A DNA stretch of 32,000 bases, from contig NC_000917.1 in the NCBI RefSeq assembly GCF_000008665.1, forward strand, positions 120,001-152,000, given 5' to 3'. The notes below the pieces were generated by a model. The model saw nothing but the letters and a program-made list of their open reading frames with translations. It was not told the DNA's origin and made no database searches. The DNA comes from Archaeoglobus fulgidus DSM 4304 (lineage in GTDB: Archaea > Halobacteriota > Archaeoglobi > Archaeoglobales > Archaeoglobaceae). Shown here in pieces: positions 1 to 7,566 of this stretch; the stretch's first letter is position 1; every line of letters starts with the position of its first letter. Both the position numbers and the translations under genes were made by a program.

Positions 1-114
1 CCCGCCGAGGAGGGATAGCGAGAAGAAAGTGGTGTGGATGCTGGATTGATGAGTAAAGCGCTTCTAAGCCAAATCCTGCTGCATCCATTTTTAGACATCA
101 AAAAAGTTAAAAAA

Positions 115-588
115 TCACTTATAGATAACCTCAAAGGCAGGCTCTACCCCAATCAAGTCTGCAAGCTTCCCCTTGCACTCCTCAGCCCAAACCGCCTTAA
201 CTTTCATCCCCACTCTGACCTTCTCCGGCTCAGTGTTTATTAAAGGCAGAACCAAAGACGAGGAGGTGCCCTCAAATCTCACCATAGCCAGAATTATCTG
301 CTCTCCCTCCTTCAGAAATCCTGCCTGAACTGCATCAATGCCCGCAATGACAACTTTCCCCTTCTCAAGGGGTGGGGAGACGAGGAAGGCGAGCACCTCT
401 CCATACTGGCTGACCTCAACCTTCTCCGCTGTCTCTGTGAAGCACCTCGCACAGATTTCCCTCGGTGGCACATACACCCTGCCGCATGAAGCGCAGAGGG
501 AGCCTATGATTTTTCTCTCCCTGAAGCTTTTGACGTACTCATCCAGATAGCCCACCGGAGCCTTCCACCTGTAGGCTCCCAGTTCCAC
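115..588 (-). CDS. DUF35-type zinc-ribbon/OB-fold protein (small partner of thiolase-fold enzymes)
   Basis: 157-aa ORF with a rubredoxin-like CASC...CARC pair followed by an OB-like C-terminus. It lies directly downstream of a thiolase-fold gene, the usual DUF35 pairing. Confidence 0.8.
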   Translation of the reverse strand: MELGAYRWKAPVGYLDEYVKSFRERKIIGSLCASCGRVYVPPREICARCFTETAEKVEVSQYGEVLAFLVSPPLEKGKVVIAGIDAVQAGFLKEGEQIILAMVRFEGTSSSLVLPLINTEPEKVRVGMKVKAVWAEECKGKLADLIGVEPAFEVIYK

Positions 589-643
589 TCTCCCTCTACC
601 TGCATGGTTTTTTCGAATTTTTCCTTAATAAGCCCCATTTCCA

Positions 644-1879
644 TCACCTCGGCCTGTCTCCAAGCACCATTACCGTGTTGAACTGCACCTGTCCCCCCCA
701 CGCGTGAGCAACTGCATTTCTCACGTCCTTTGGAACCTGATGCTCCTCAGCCTTCCCCATTATCTGCAGTGCTGCCTCCACAACCCTCTGCATGCCAGAA
801 GAGCCAATGGCGTTTGTTGCGTTAACCCCTCCTGAGGGGCAGATGGGGAAGTCGCCGTCAATTTCTGTTACTCCCTCTTCCACAGCTTTCCATGCGGTGC
901 CATCATCGAAGAAACCAAGTCTCTCGCTGAACATCAGCTCTTGATGGGGGAAGGGGGCGTAAATCTCAGCAACATCTATCTCCTTCCTTGGATCCTTAAT
1001 CCCCGCCCTTTCGTAGGCCTTTCTGGCAGAGAGAATTGCCCCTGTCTGGTCGGAGTAGTCAACAACTGCTGTCCCCTGATAGCTCTCTCCCTGATCAGCC
1101 TCCTCGTCAGCGTAGGCTGCAACACCCTTTACCCACGCCACCTCCTTGATTCCAAGCCTCTTCACCGCATCCTCGCTGGCGTAAATAACGCATGACGCAC
1201 CATCACTTGCAGGGCAGACGTGGCCGAAGCGCATGGGCCATATCAGCATCTCGGTCTTTGCTATGTCTTCAGGAGTGCAGTTGGGCCACTTAAGGTGGGC
1301 GTACTTGTTCTTTGCAGCATTTCTCCTTGCCTTGGCTGCAACCATGTCGAAGTGCTCGATGCTGCATCCTGATCTGGCCATGTAGAAGGCAGCCTGATAG
1401 GCTGATATGCCAGCAGCAGCACCGGCAAGGCCCATAATTGCGAAGCTCCTCATGTCCATGCCAATTTTCATCATGTAGCTTAAATTGGCGAAGGCTACGT
1501 GGAGTAAGCCTGTTGTCGCACCCGGCTCTGCGCTGTCGCTGTGCTTCTCCCAGCTCACAGCCAGAACAACATCGTACATCCCTGAAGCGACCTCGTAGTA
1601 GCCGAGGTGGGCGGTGGAGCCACCAACCGTCCCTCCTGTGGCAACTCTCTGCATCGCTTTACCCCCTGCAGCGATGTAGTCGGCAAACACCAAATCGGGC
1701 TGGCAGATCCCACCAAACCCCTGCATGTTTCCAACAGCGTAAGCCTCAATGTCTTCGGGAGCGATGCTTGCATCTTCTATCGCCGCCCAAACGGCTTCTG
1801 CAACAAGCTCAGCTTGGCTAACATCAGTCCTTCTACCATGCTTCGACTGCCCGCAACCAATAATCGCAACTCTCCTCAT
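644..1879 (-). CDS. thiolase-fold protein, SCP-x/lipid-transfer type, non-canonical active site
   Basis: 411-aa ORF. N-terminus MRRVAIIGCGQSK, central ...SGMYDVVLAVSWEK and C-terminal PSGG...G..G and ...VMVLG blocks are typical of the thiolase fold. Its start overlaps the stop of the upstream paralog by 4 nt. Confidence 0.85.
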   Translation of the reverse strand: MRRVAIIGCGQSKHGRRTDVSQAELVAEAVWAAIEDASIAPEDIEAYAVGNMQGFGGICQPDLVFADYIAAGGKAMQRVATGGTVGGSTAHLGYYEVASGMYDVVLAVSWEKHSDSAEPGATTGLLHVAFANLSYMMKIGMDMRSFAIMGLAGAAAGISAYQAAFYMARSGCSIEHFDMVAAKARRNAAKNKYAHLKWPNCTPEDIAKTEMLIWPMRFGHVCPASDGASCVIYASEDAVKRLGIKEVAWVKGVAAYADEEADQGESYQGTAVVDYSDQTGAILSARKAYERAGIKDPRKEIDVAEIYAPFPHQELMFSERLGFFDDGTAWKAVEEGVTEIDGDFPICPSGGVNATNAIGSSGMQRVVEAALQIMGKAEEHQVPKDVRNAVAHAWGGQVQFNTVMVLGDRPR

Positions 1880-3015
1880 GGCCTATCACCCAGCACAAAA
1901 ACAAGATTCTTCTGAGCACACAACCCCCACTGAGCATGAGCCAAAGCAGTTCTGCAATCTTCGACCTGATTCTCTGCCTCACCCCTGACCTGCCTTGCAG
2001 CCTCAATCAGCCTTATCATTCCCGTTGCGCAAATCGCATCACCAGCCAAAGCTCCACCGCTGGGATTGACGGGCATGTCTCCGTAAACCTCCGTAATTCC
2101 CTCCTCAATCAGAACCTTCCCCATTCCATCTCTGCAGAAACCAAGGGCCTCGTAGGCCATTAGCTCATGGTGGGCAAACCTCTCCGAAATCTCAGCAACA
2201 TCAATCTGCCTGAAGGGCTCTTCAATACCCGCCATTCTGTACGCTTTCTCAGCAGCAAGCCTCAACGACTCAAGCCTTCCCAAGTCTCTGTCCCTCAAGT
2301 ATCTGTCGCAGGAATTGCCAATGCCCTTAATCCAAACTGGTTCATCGCAAAGCTCTTTTGCCACCTCCTCGCTGGCAAGGACAACAGCAGCAGCACCGTC
2401 GCATGGAGGGGCAATCATAAGCTCTGTAAGCGGAGAGGAGTATAGCTTTGATTCCAGCACCTCTTCAACAGTTACATCAGCCATTTTTCTGAAGGCATAG
2501 GGAACCTTTGCAGCATTCCTCAGGTTTTTAACGCAAACCTCTGCCAGATGCCCCTCATCCACCCCACTCCTGCTCATGTAAAGCCTCGCCTGTAAAGCTG
2601 CGAGCGTAATTCCATTCAGCAATTCATTCTGCCTGTCGAACCACGGCTCAAGCATGTACTGCGAAACCTGATGGGGGTTGAAAATCCAGCTGTGAGTGTG
2701 GGAGATAGCTAAAGCAACATCATGAACACCGCTCATTATTCTCTGGGCAGCGTAGAGTGCAGCATACATGCCATCCTCCTCAGCCTTGCTCTCATCCTTC
2801 AGATAGGCCCCGCTGGCCCCAATCAGCATGCAGTTTGAAATCGTTCTCCCATCAAGGAAGTCCGTTGATGCACTTATTACCGTCCCAACATCCTCCCTCT
2901 CAACCCCAGCCCTTCTCATCGCTTCCCTCGTAACCTCAAAAACTGCCTCCTCCCTCGTCTTCTCTGCATCCCACTCCAGCTTGCTTACTGCATAGCCAAT
3001 AATCGCCACCCTCAT
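1876..3015 (-). CDS. thiolase-fold protein, paralog of 644-1879
   Basis: The ORF track gives 1876-3072. I prefer the internal start MRVAIIGYAVSK at 3015, which gives a 4-nt ATGA-type overlap with the upstream DUF35 stop at 3012. The thiolase-fold blocks are SGVHDVALAISHT, NPSGGALAG and LVFVLG. Confidence 0.8.
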   Translation of the reverse strand: MRVAIIGYAVSKLEWDAEKTREEAVFEVTREAMRRAGVEREDVGTVISASTDFLDGRTISNCMLIGASGAYLKDESKAEEDGMYAALYAAQRIMSGVHDVALAISHTHSWIFNPHQVSQYMLEPWFDRQNELLNGITLAALQARLYMSRSGVDEGHLAEVCVKNLRNAAKVPYAFRKMADVTVEEVLESKLYSSPLTELMIAPPCDGAAAVVLASEEVAKELCDEPVWIKGIGNSCDRYLRDRDLGRLESLRLAAEKAYRMAGIEEPFRQIDVAEISERFAHHELMAYEALGFCRDGMGKVLIEEGITEVYGDMPVNPSGGALAGDAICATGMIRLIEAARQVRGEAENQVEDCRTALAHAQWGLCAQKNLVFVLGDRP

Positions 3016-3458
3016 TCTATCACCCTGAAGCCAATAAGGTCTGAGGGCTTCCCCTCGGTCTTCTCCGCCCACACAGGCTCAACCTTGGAGCCGAGCTTCA
3101 CATCTCCCTCAACTCTTGCAAAAATTGTGGAGCTGGCTCCATCAAGCTTTATGGCGGCAAGAACCTCGGGCTTTTCCAGCCATATGTAGCCTCCCTTCCC
3201 GTCAAGCTTGAAGTTAACCTCCGTAAAGCTCTCCACCACCCCTCTGCCACTTAGCTCAACCAAGCAACTCTCACCCAGTTTTGAGTAGCACTGCGGGCAA
3301 ATCTGCCTCGGCGGGACGACAGTGTAGCTGCACTTTTCGCACTTCGCTGCCATTATCTTCTTCTCCTCAAAAGAACGGTAGAATCTCTCCATCAGCTTTC
3401 CAACACTCCATCTGAACCTCGCCACAAAGGGCAGACCAGAGTACCTGTCAACGCCCAT
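3012..3458 (-). CDS. DUF35-type zinc-ribbon/OB-fold protein
   Basis: CEKCSYTVVPPRQICPQC zinc ribbon plus an OB-like C-terminus. I prefer ATG 3458 (MGVDRYSG) over the TTG at 3479 because an AT-rich TATA-like box (3483-3500) lies about 30 nt upstream of it. Confidence 0.8.
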   Translation of the reverse strand: MGVDRYSGLPFVARFRWSVGKLMERFYRSFEEKKIMAAKCEKCSYTVVPPRQICPQCYSKLGESCLVELSGRGVVESFTEVNFKLDGKGGYIWLEKPEVLAAIKLDGASSTIFARVEGDVKLGSKVEPVWAEKTEGKPSDLIGFRVIE

Positions 3459-3503
3459 GTAACAATTATTAATGAGCAAATATTAAATTTTTAAGGAATT
3501 TAC

Positions 3504-3521
3504 ATGAGCATAAATGCTCAT
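3504..3521. repeat. perfect inverted repeat ATGAGCA-TAAA-TGCTCAT overlapping the stop codon of the 3518-4075 gene; possible terminator hairpin
   Basis: Read directly from the sequence: 7-bp arms and a 4-nt loop. Function not established. Confidence 0.3.
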
Positions 3522-4075
3522 ACTCTGCGGTAGAATTTCAGAGTAAAGCCATTGGTCGAGATGCTTTTAACAACATCCCACTCCCCTTTGTAGTATTTCT
3601 CGTAGATATTGAGGATGTGCATGGCCAGAAACTCGCTCACCTCCCTCCTGCGCATCGTGTGCTCGCAAAAAATCTGAATCCACCCATCTCCCTTTGTAAT
3701 CTCCACATAATCAACCCTGTTGAGAACTTTCCAGCCCCTCTTTACCGTCTCAAGAAACTCCTCAAGCTCTATTTCCGCAAAGGGCTTCTTCAAAAACCAC
3801 TCCACTGCAGTTTCCATCATACTCTCCTTTACAGCCTTCTCAATATCACCACATATCAGATGCATGTACTGGCTTCTCCCACATCCTGTGAAATCCAAAT
3901 CTCTAATAAGTCTTATAAGAAGGATGTCGTCTTCGCTGAGATTCCTGTCTTCTCTGTTGAGCAGTTTCAGGGCTGCCTCGATAACCTCATTGATGCCACC
4001 GTAGTCGGGTTTAAACTTTTCAATGATTCTGAACGCCTCCTCTGAAAGAGTGGTCTGAAGTCGTCTTTTTGGCAT
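3518..4075 (-). CDS. hypothetical protein with N-terminal ribbon-helix-helix-like segment (putative DNA-binding)
   Basis: 185-aa ORF. The N-terminus RRLQTTLSEEAFRIIEKF...INEVIEAALKLL fits the strand-helix-helix pattern of CopG/Arc-type RHH. I could not assign the C-terminal ~130 aa. Confidence 0.5.
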   Translation of the reverse strand: MPKRRLQTTLSEEAFRIIEKFKPDYGGINEVIEAALKLLNREDRNLSEDDILLIRLIRDLDFTGCGRSQYMHLICGDIEKAVKESMMETAVEWFLKKPFAEIELEEFLETVKRGWKVLNRVDYVEITKGDGWIQIFCEHTMRRREVSEFLAMHILNIYEKYYKGEWDVVKSISTNGFTLKFYRRV

Positions 4076-4178
4076 ATTTTTGATTAATTGTTATGTTCAA
4101 TAAATGTTTCGTAAAATTGGGAGAGATGATGTATAGGGTGTTCCTTCAACCCCTACTCAATCTCCTTCTATTAGCTCT

Positions 4179-4643
4179 GTGAAGCGAACAACGAGCTCAT
4201 CCACCTTCCCCTTCAACAGGACAAAACTACACAACCCTAAATCAAAAACAAAACCACCAAAATTCGAAAAATTAATCAAATCTAACCGAATCATCCTTTT
4301 TCAGGTGATTCAAGTGAAACTACCAGTAATTCCTGCCAGAGGAGACGAGAAATTGGAGCTCCTATCTCAAATCGTAAGCAAGCTTGAATCAAGAGAAGCA
4401 AAGAAATTGCTGGCGAGAAATGGAATATCTCCAGTCAATAAAGCCGTAGAGTACCTCAAAGTAATGGCTATGTTCTTCGAACTGGAGATTTCCTATGCTG
4501 TAAGCGAATTGAATAAGCGGTCAGAACTGAGAAAGTTCTTGAGGCTAAGAGAGGAAATAAAACTGAGATCTATCTACAGCTTCATGTCGAAATTTGAGGC
4601 TGAGCAGTTTATAAGCTTAGTTTTCTCCATCCTGGTCCTGTAA
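4179..4643 (+). pseudogene. transposase N-terminal-like fragment, family unassigned
   Basis: The C-terminal 110 aa (EYLKVMAMFFELEISYAVSELN...LRKFLRL...SIYSFMSKF) resemble helical N-terminal regions of IS transposases. The first ~45 aa are low-complexity and probably non-coding. No DDE domain follows in frame. Confidence 0.4.
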
Positions 4644-4739
4644 CAATAACAGCAATCGATAAATCCTCGACCAGAATTTACGATCCGTGAAGTCTGTTAG
4701 AGAGATCGTGAAGGAGCTCAAGGTCTTCGAGAGGAACAA

Positions 4740-5307
4740 GTGCCGCTCGAAGTCAAAATTCTCGGAATAGCACCTACGTCAGACATCTTCTACGAGGAGA
4801 ACGGCCAAGATCCTCTCATCCGGTTTCGCACAACGCCGTGCAGGATAAAGAAGTTTGAGGAGAAACTGCCCATTTCGACAGAGAAAAAGCAAAGAAATCT
4901 CGTTGCAATCGATGAAACTGTCGTTAAAGCTAACGGGAAGCGGTACTACGTCTTTGCGGCCATGGATGTGGAGAGGAACGAACTTATTCTGATGAGGGTC
5001 TACACGGCGAGGAATCACCTGACCGCGAAGTCCTTCGTCAAGGAAGTGCTGAATTACTGCGAGGGTAAGCCGAAATTCGTCGTAGATAAAGCTCCCTGGC
5101 TTAAATCAGCTTTAGAGAGCTTTGGATTGGAATACGAGCACGAAACCTTTCGGGAGGAGAAGCAAGGTTGAAGCGGTGTTTTCTTCTTTGAAGCAGAAGA
5201 TCAAGATCTTTTTCTGCTCTATAACAGCAAAGAATCCCGTGAGGAGCTGGAATCTGTTCTGCAAGCTGTTCATGCTGTACTACAACCATCTGAGGTGGTT
5301 AAGTTGA
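4740..5307 (+). pseudogene. IS6-type DDE transposase, frameshifted
   Basis: The DDE core is readable: AIDETVVKANGKRYYVFAAMDVERNELI ... FVVDKAPWLKSAL ... HETF. The frame then shifts near 5150, and the catalytic-E segment KVEAVFSSLKQKIKIFF...YYNHLR continues in ORF 5122-5307. A helix-turn-helix-like piece (VSHNAVQDK) sits in a third frame around 4800-4850. Confidence 0.75.
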
Positions 5308-5353
5308 CAGGATCATCGCTCAAACCAAAAAGTTGAAATTTTTCAAAACTGCC

Positions 5354-5872
5354 TTACTCCTTAACCCACTCGCTGAGATAAACCTTGAAGGTCTTCCCGA
5401 ACTTCTCCCTCACAATCAGGTCCTTTTCCTCAAGCTTCTTTATAATCATGGACATCTTGGAGTTGGAGAAATCCGTTCTCGCCCTCAGTGAGTCCTGTGT
5501 GATGCCTTCATTCTCTGCAATGATTTTCAAAACCATTGCCTCGTCATCGTTGAGGAGCTTCATCGCAGTTTCGAGCTTGTCTGTGGTAGATCTTTCCTTG
5601 GCTTCAGATATGGTGGCTGTTTGAGCCTCCTGCACAACTTCTGCCTTCTCATCCTGCGTGCTTAAAATGAGGTACGCCGAGAGGAAAATCAGGATTAGAC
5701 CACCCATCCCGAAAATGATAGGCAAAATACCCATGTAGGCTGGTCCCATCATCATGTAGTGGTGCGACATGGGGGAGAAGCTTAAGTAGAGGAACAGCAG
5801 GAAGATTCCGGCTACAAGCAGCACAGCCTCAGAGCTTCTGACCTTCATCAACCTTAAACCTTCCTGAGACAT
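5354..5872 (-). CDS. membrane-tethered winged-helix (MarR/ArsR-like) regulator with Met/His-rich outer loop
   Basis: 172 aa with two predicted TM helices (AVLLVAGIFLLFLYLSF; ILPIIFGMGGLILIFLSAYLIL) bracketing the loop SPMSHHYMMMGPAYMG. A charged linker follows, then the wHTH MVLKIIAENEGITQDSLRARTDFSNSKMSMIIKKLEEKDLIVREKFGKTFKVYL. Confidence 0.7.
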   Translation of the reverse strand: MSQEGLRLMKVRSSEAVLLVAGIFLLFLYLSFSPMSHHYMMMGPAYMGILPIIFGMGGLILIFLSAYLILSTQDEKAEVVQEAQTATISEAKERSTTDKLETAMKLLNDDEAMVLKIIAENEGITQDSLRARTDFSNSKMSMIIKKLEEKDLIVREKFGKTFKVYLSEWVKE

Positions 5873-5999
5873 TTTTAAATTTTCGCTCCTTTGCTTAAAT
5901 CGCCCATTGAATTTACAGGCTGCATGTTTTTTGGGTAAAAAGATGCCAGGATGGTAAACGAAAGGTATAAATGAATCCTTAAGCCCTTTTCTTCTATGA

Positions 6000-6012
6000 T
6001 AACAGTGTTAAT
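6000..6012. promoter_or_regulatory. palindromic operator-like site TAACAGTGTTAAT in the wHTH/methyltransferase divergent promoter
   Basis: The site lies ~28 nt downstream of the TATA-like GTATAAAT (about 5965-5972) and 14 nt upstream of ATG 6026. The same 14-mer TAACAGTGTTAATT recurs at 25846-25859. Confidence 0.55.
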
Positions 6013-6025
6013 TTTGAGGTGTATT

Positions 6026-6781
6026 ATGGTAAAATCAACCACGAGAAAGTCTGCCAAGAGTGACAGAAGAAGATACAACAGGATAGCGAGGTTCTACGAC
6101 CTCTTTGAAACTCCAATGGAGTTAATGAACTTCAGGAAGTGGAGAAAAATGCTCTTCGACCTCATAAAAGCTGAGAAAGGTCTTGTGCTCGAAATTGGTG
6201 CAGGGACTGGCAAGAACATTCCACACTATCCTTCCAACGTTGTGGCGCTGGACATAAGCGAGAAGATGCTTGAAAGAGCGGTGAGAAGGGCTAAAGAGAG
6301 CGGTAAAAAAGTTGATTTTCTTCTGGCAGATGCGGAGAATCTTCCTTTCCGCAGTAACAGCTTTGATGTAGTTTTCACAACCTTCGTTTTCTGCTCCGTA
6401 GATGACCCGGTCAGAGGTTTAAGAGAAGCGTTCAGAGTGCTGAAGAAGGGGGGAAGGGCATACTTTCTGGAGCACATGCTCCCCAAAAGCAGGTTTTTGC
6501 ATCCACTCTTTAACCTCCTCAATCCCATATTCAGGGCATTCGGACCTGAGATTAACAGGAGGACGGACGAAAACATACAAAGGGCAGGATTCCAAATCGT
6601 TAAGGAATACATGCTTTTTGGTAGTGTTTTCAGGTTGATAGTGGCAGAAAAGCCTCTTGATTCAGTAGATGAAGCGTCTGGTTACAGTTTGAAACGTTCT
6701 GAATCATCTGACAGCTCCAATTTTAGACGTTTCATCGGGCAATCCCTATTGCCTTTGAGGTTAACACAGTTATTGAGGTGA
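6026..6781 (+). CDS. class I SAM-dependent methyltransferase (Methyltransf_11/UbiE-like)
   Basis: Motif I is VLEIGAGTGKN, followed by an acidic post-I residue, LLADAENLPF and DVVFTTFVFCSVDDP. I prefer start MVKSTTRK at 6026 over 5996. The C-terminal ~45 aa look non-conserved. Confidence 0.85.
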   Translation: MVKSTTRKSAKSDRRRYNRIARFYDLFETPMELMNFRKWRKMLFDLIKAEKGLVLEIGAGTGKNIPHYPSNVVALDISEKMLERAVRRAKESGKKVDFLLADAENLPFRSNSFDVVFTTFVFCSVDDPVRGLREAFRVLKKGGRAYFLEHMLPKSRFLHPLFNLLNPIFRAFGPEINRRTDENIQRAGFQIVKEYMLFGSVFRLIVAEKPLDSVDEASGYSLKRSESSDSSNFRRFIGQSLLPLRLTQLLR

Positions 6782-6787
6782 TGCGAA

Positions 6788-7087
6788 ATGAACTGGAAGA
6801 AGGTTGGAATAATTGTCGCCCTCGCCATCGCTGCAGGGCTGTATGTTGCGGCAGCGATGCCATGGGGCATGGGATATGGCCCAATGATGGGCTACACCCC
6901 GATGATGGGCTATGGAGGAGGAATGATGGGTGGCATGATGGGTGGCTACGCACCACAGTACGGCCCCTCAGGGCAGGGATATGGCCCTGCGTATAACTAC
7001 ACCGACACTCCACAGCAGCCTCAGGGCTACTACGTGCCTTACGGGTATTACGGAGGTCATGGCTGTCCGATGATGGGCTACTGGTAA
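6788..7087 (+). CDS. membrane-anchored Met/Gly/Tyr-rich small protein
   Basis: 99 aa. GAGGTGAT lies 7 nt upstream of the ATG. After an N-terminal TM/signal segment (VGIIVALAIAAGLYVAAA) comes MGYGPMMGYTPMMGYGGGMMGGMMGGY...GHGCPMMGYW. A paralog lies at 9885-10174 (-). Confidence 0.65.
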   Translation: MNWKKVGIIVALAIAAGLYVAAAMPWGMGYGPMMGYTPMMGYGGGMMGGMMGGYAPQYGPSGQGYGPAYNYTDTPQQPQGYYVPYGYYGGHGCPMMGYW

Positions 7088-7104
7088 GGGCTGGTGGGAG
7101 TAGC

Positions 7105-7566
7105 ATGCGGAAGGTTTTAACCCCTATTTTTTTGATTCTCATTCTAATCCCTGCAATCTCGCAGGGATTCAACCTTCTCTCCCCTCAACCCGCTGGAGTC
7201 AACAAAACAGTTTACATCGAAGCCTTCCAGTTCGGATACAGAGTTGTTGCAATTCAGGAGGGAGACAAGCTTTACTACCCCAGCACTCCATCGCTGAAAC
7301 TCAACGCTGGCGACACTGTAACCTTCCATGTTGTCACAAAGGATGTTACTCACGGCTTCACGATTGACGGCATAACAGACGGCATTGCTGAAGAACTGCT
7401 GGTTATTCCCGGAAGAACGCTGGTTGTGGGGCCGGTAACATTCACCGATGTCGGGAAGTACAGAGTCAGGTGTTCGGCAAATTGCGGTTCTCTGCACCCC
7501 TTCATGAGCATTGATATAATTGTCGAGCCCAAAATTCCATACTACGCCCTTTCCGCTTTGCTCTAA
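7105..7566 (+). CDS. cupredoxin-fold protein with CuA-type ligand set (COX2-like domain), N-terminal signal/anchor
   Basis: 153 aa. DVTHGFTI ... VIPGR ... GKYRVRCSANCGSLHPFM gives H-x39-C-x3-C-x3-H-x2-M. A hydrophobic N-terminus and a C-terminal hydrophobic tail are present. Confidence 0.75.
   Translation: MRKVLTPIFLILILIPAISQGFNLLSPQPAGVNKTVYIEAFQFGYRVVAIQEGDKLYYPSTPSLKLNAGDTVTFHVVTKDVTHGFTIDGITDGIAEELLVIPGRTLVVGPVTFTDVGKYRVRCSANCGSLHPFMSIDIIVEPKIPYYALSALL

Larger units (their letters stand above)
4121..5321. mobile_element. degenerate insertion-sequence remnant (boundaries tentative)
   Basis: Contains transposase fragments in several frames. The only terminal symmetry I found is weak: GAGAGATGAT at 4121-4130 versus the reverse complement GAGCGATGAT at 5312-5321. 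I saw no flanking direct repeat. Confidence 0.45.

Noticed and set aside
1-114. Possible 3' end of an upstream gene, or a terminator, at the left edge
   Set aside because: Only 18 nt of open frame lie before a TAG, and there is no convincing hairpin or T-tract. The evidence is insufficient.
4121-5321. Terminal inverted repeats and target-site duplication for the IS remnant
   Set aside because: Only a 10-of-11 match at the putative ends, with no flanking direct repeat. This is too weak to define boundaries, so the element is reported as tentative.
6732-7172. 146-aa minus-strand ORF and 72-aa plus-strand ORF (6778-6996) overlapping the Met/Gly/Tyr-rich gene
   Set aside because: The repetitive ATGATGGG(C/T) DNA keeps several frames open. 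Only the 6788 frame has an RBS, an N-terminal anchor and a paralog at 10174-9885.
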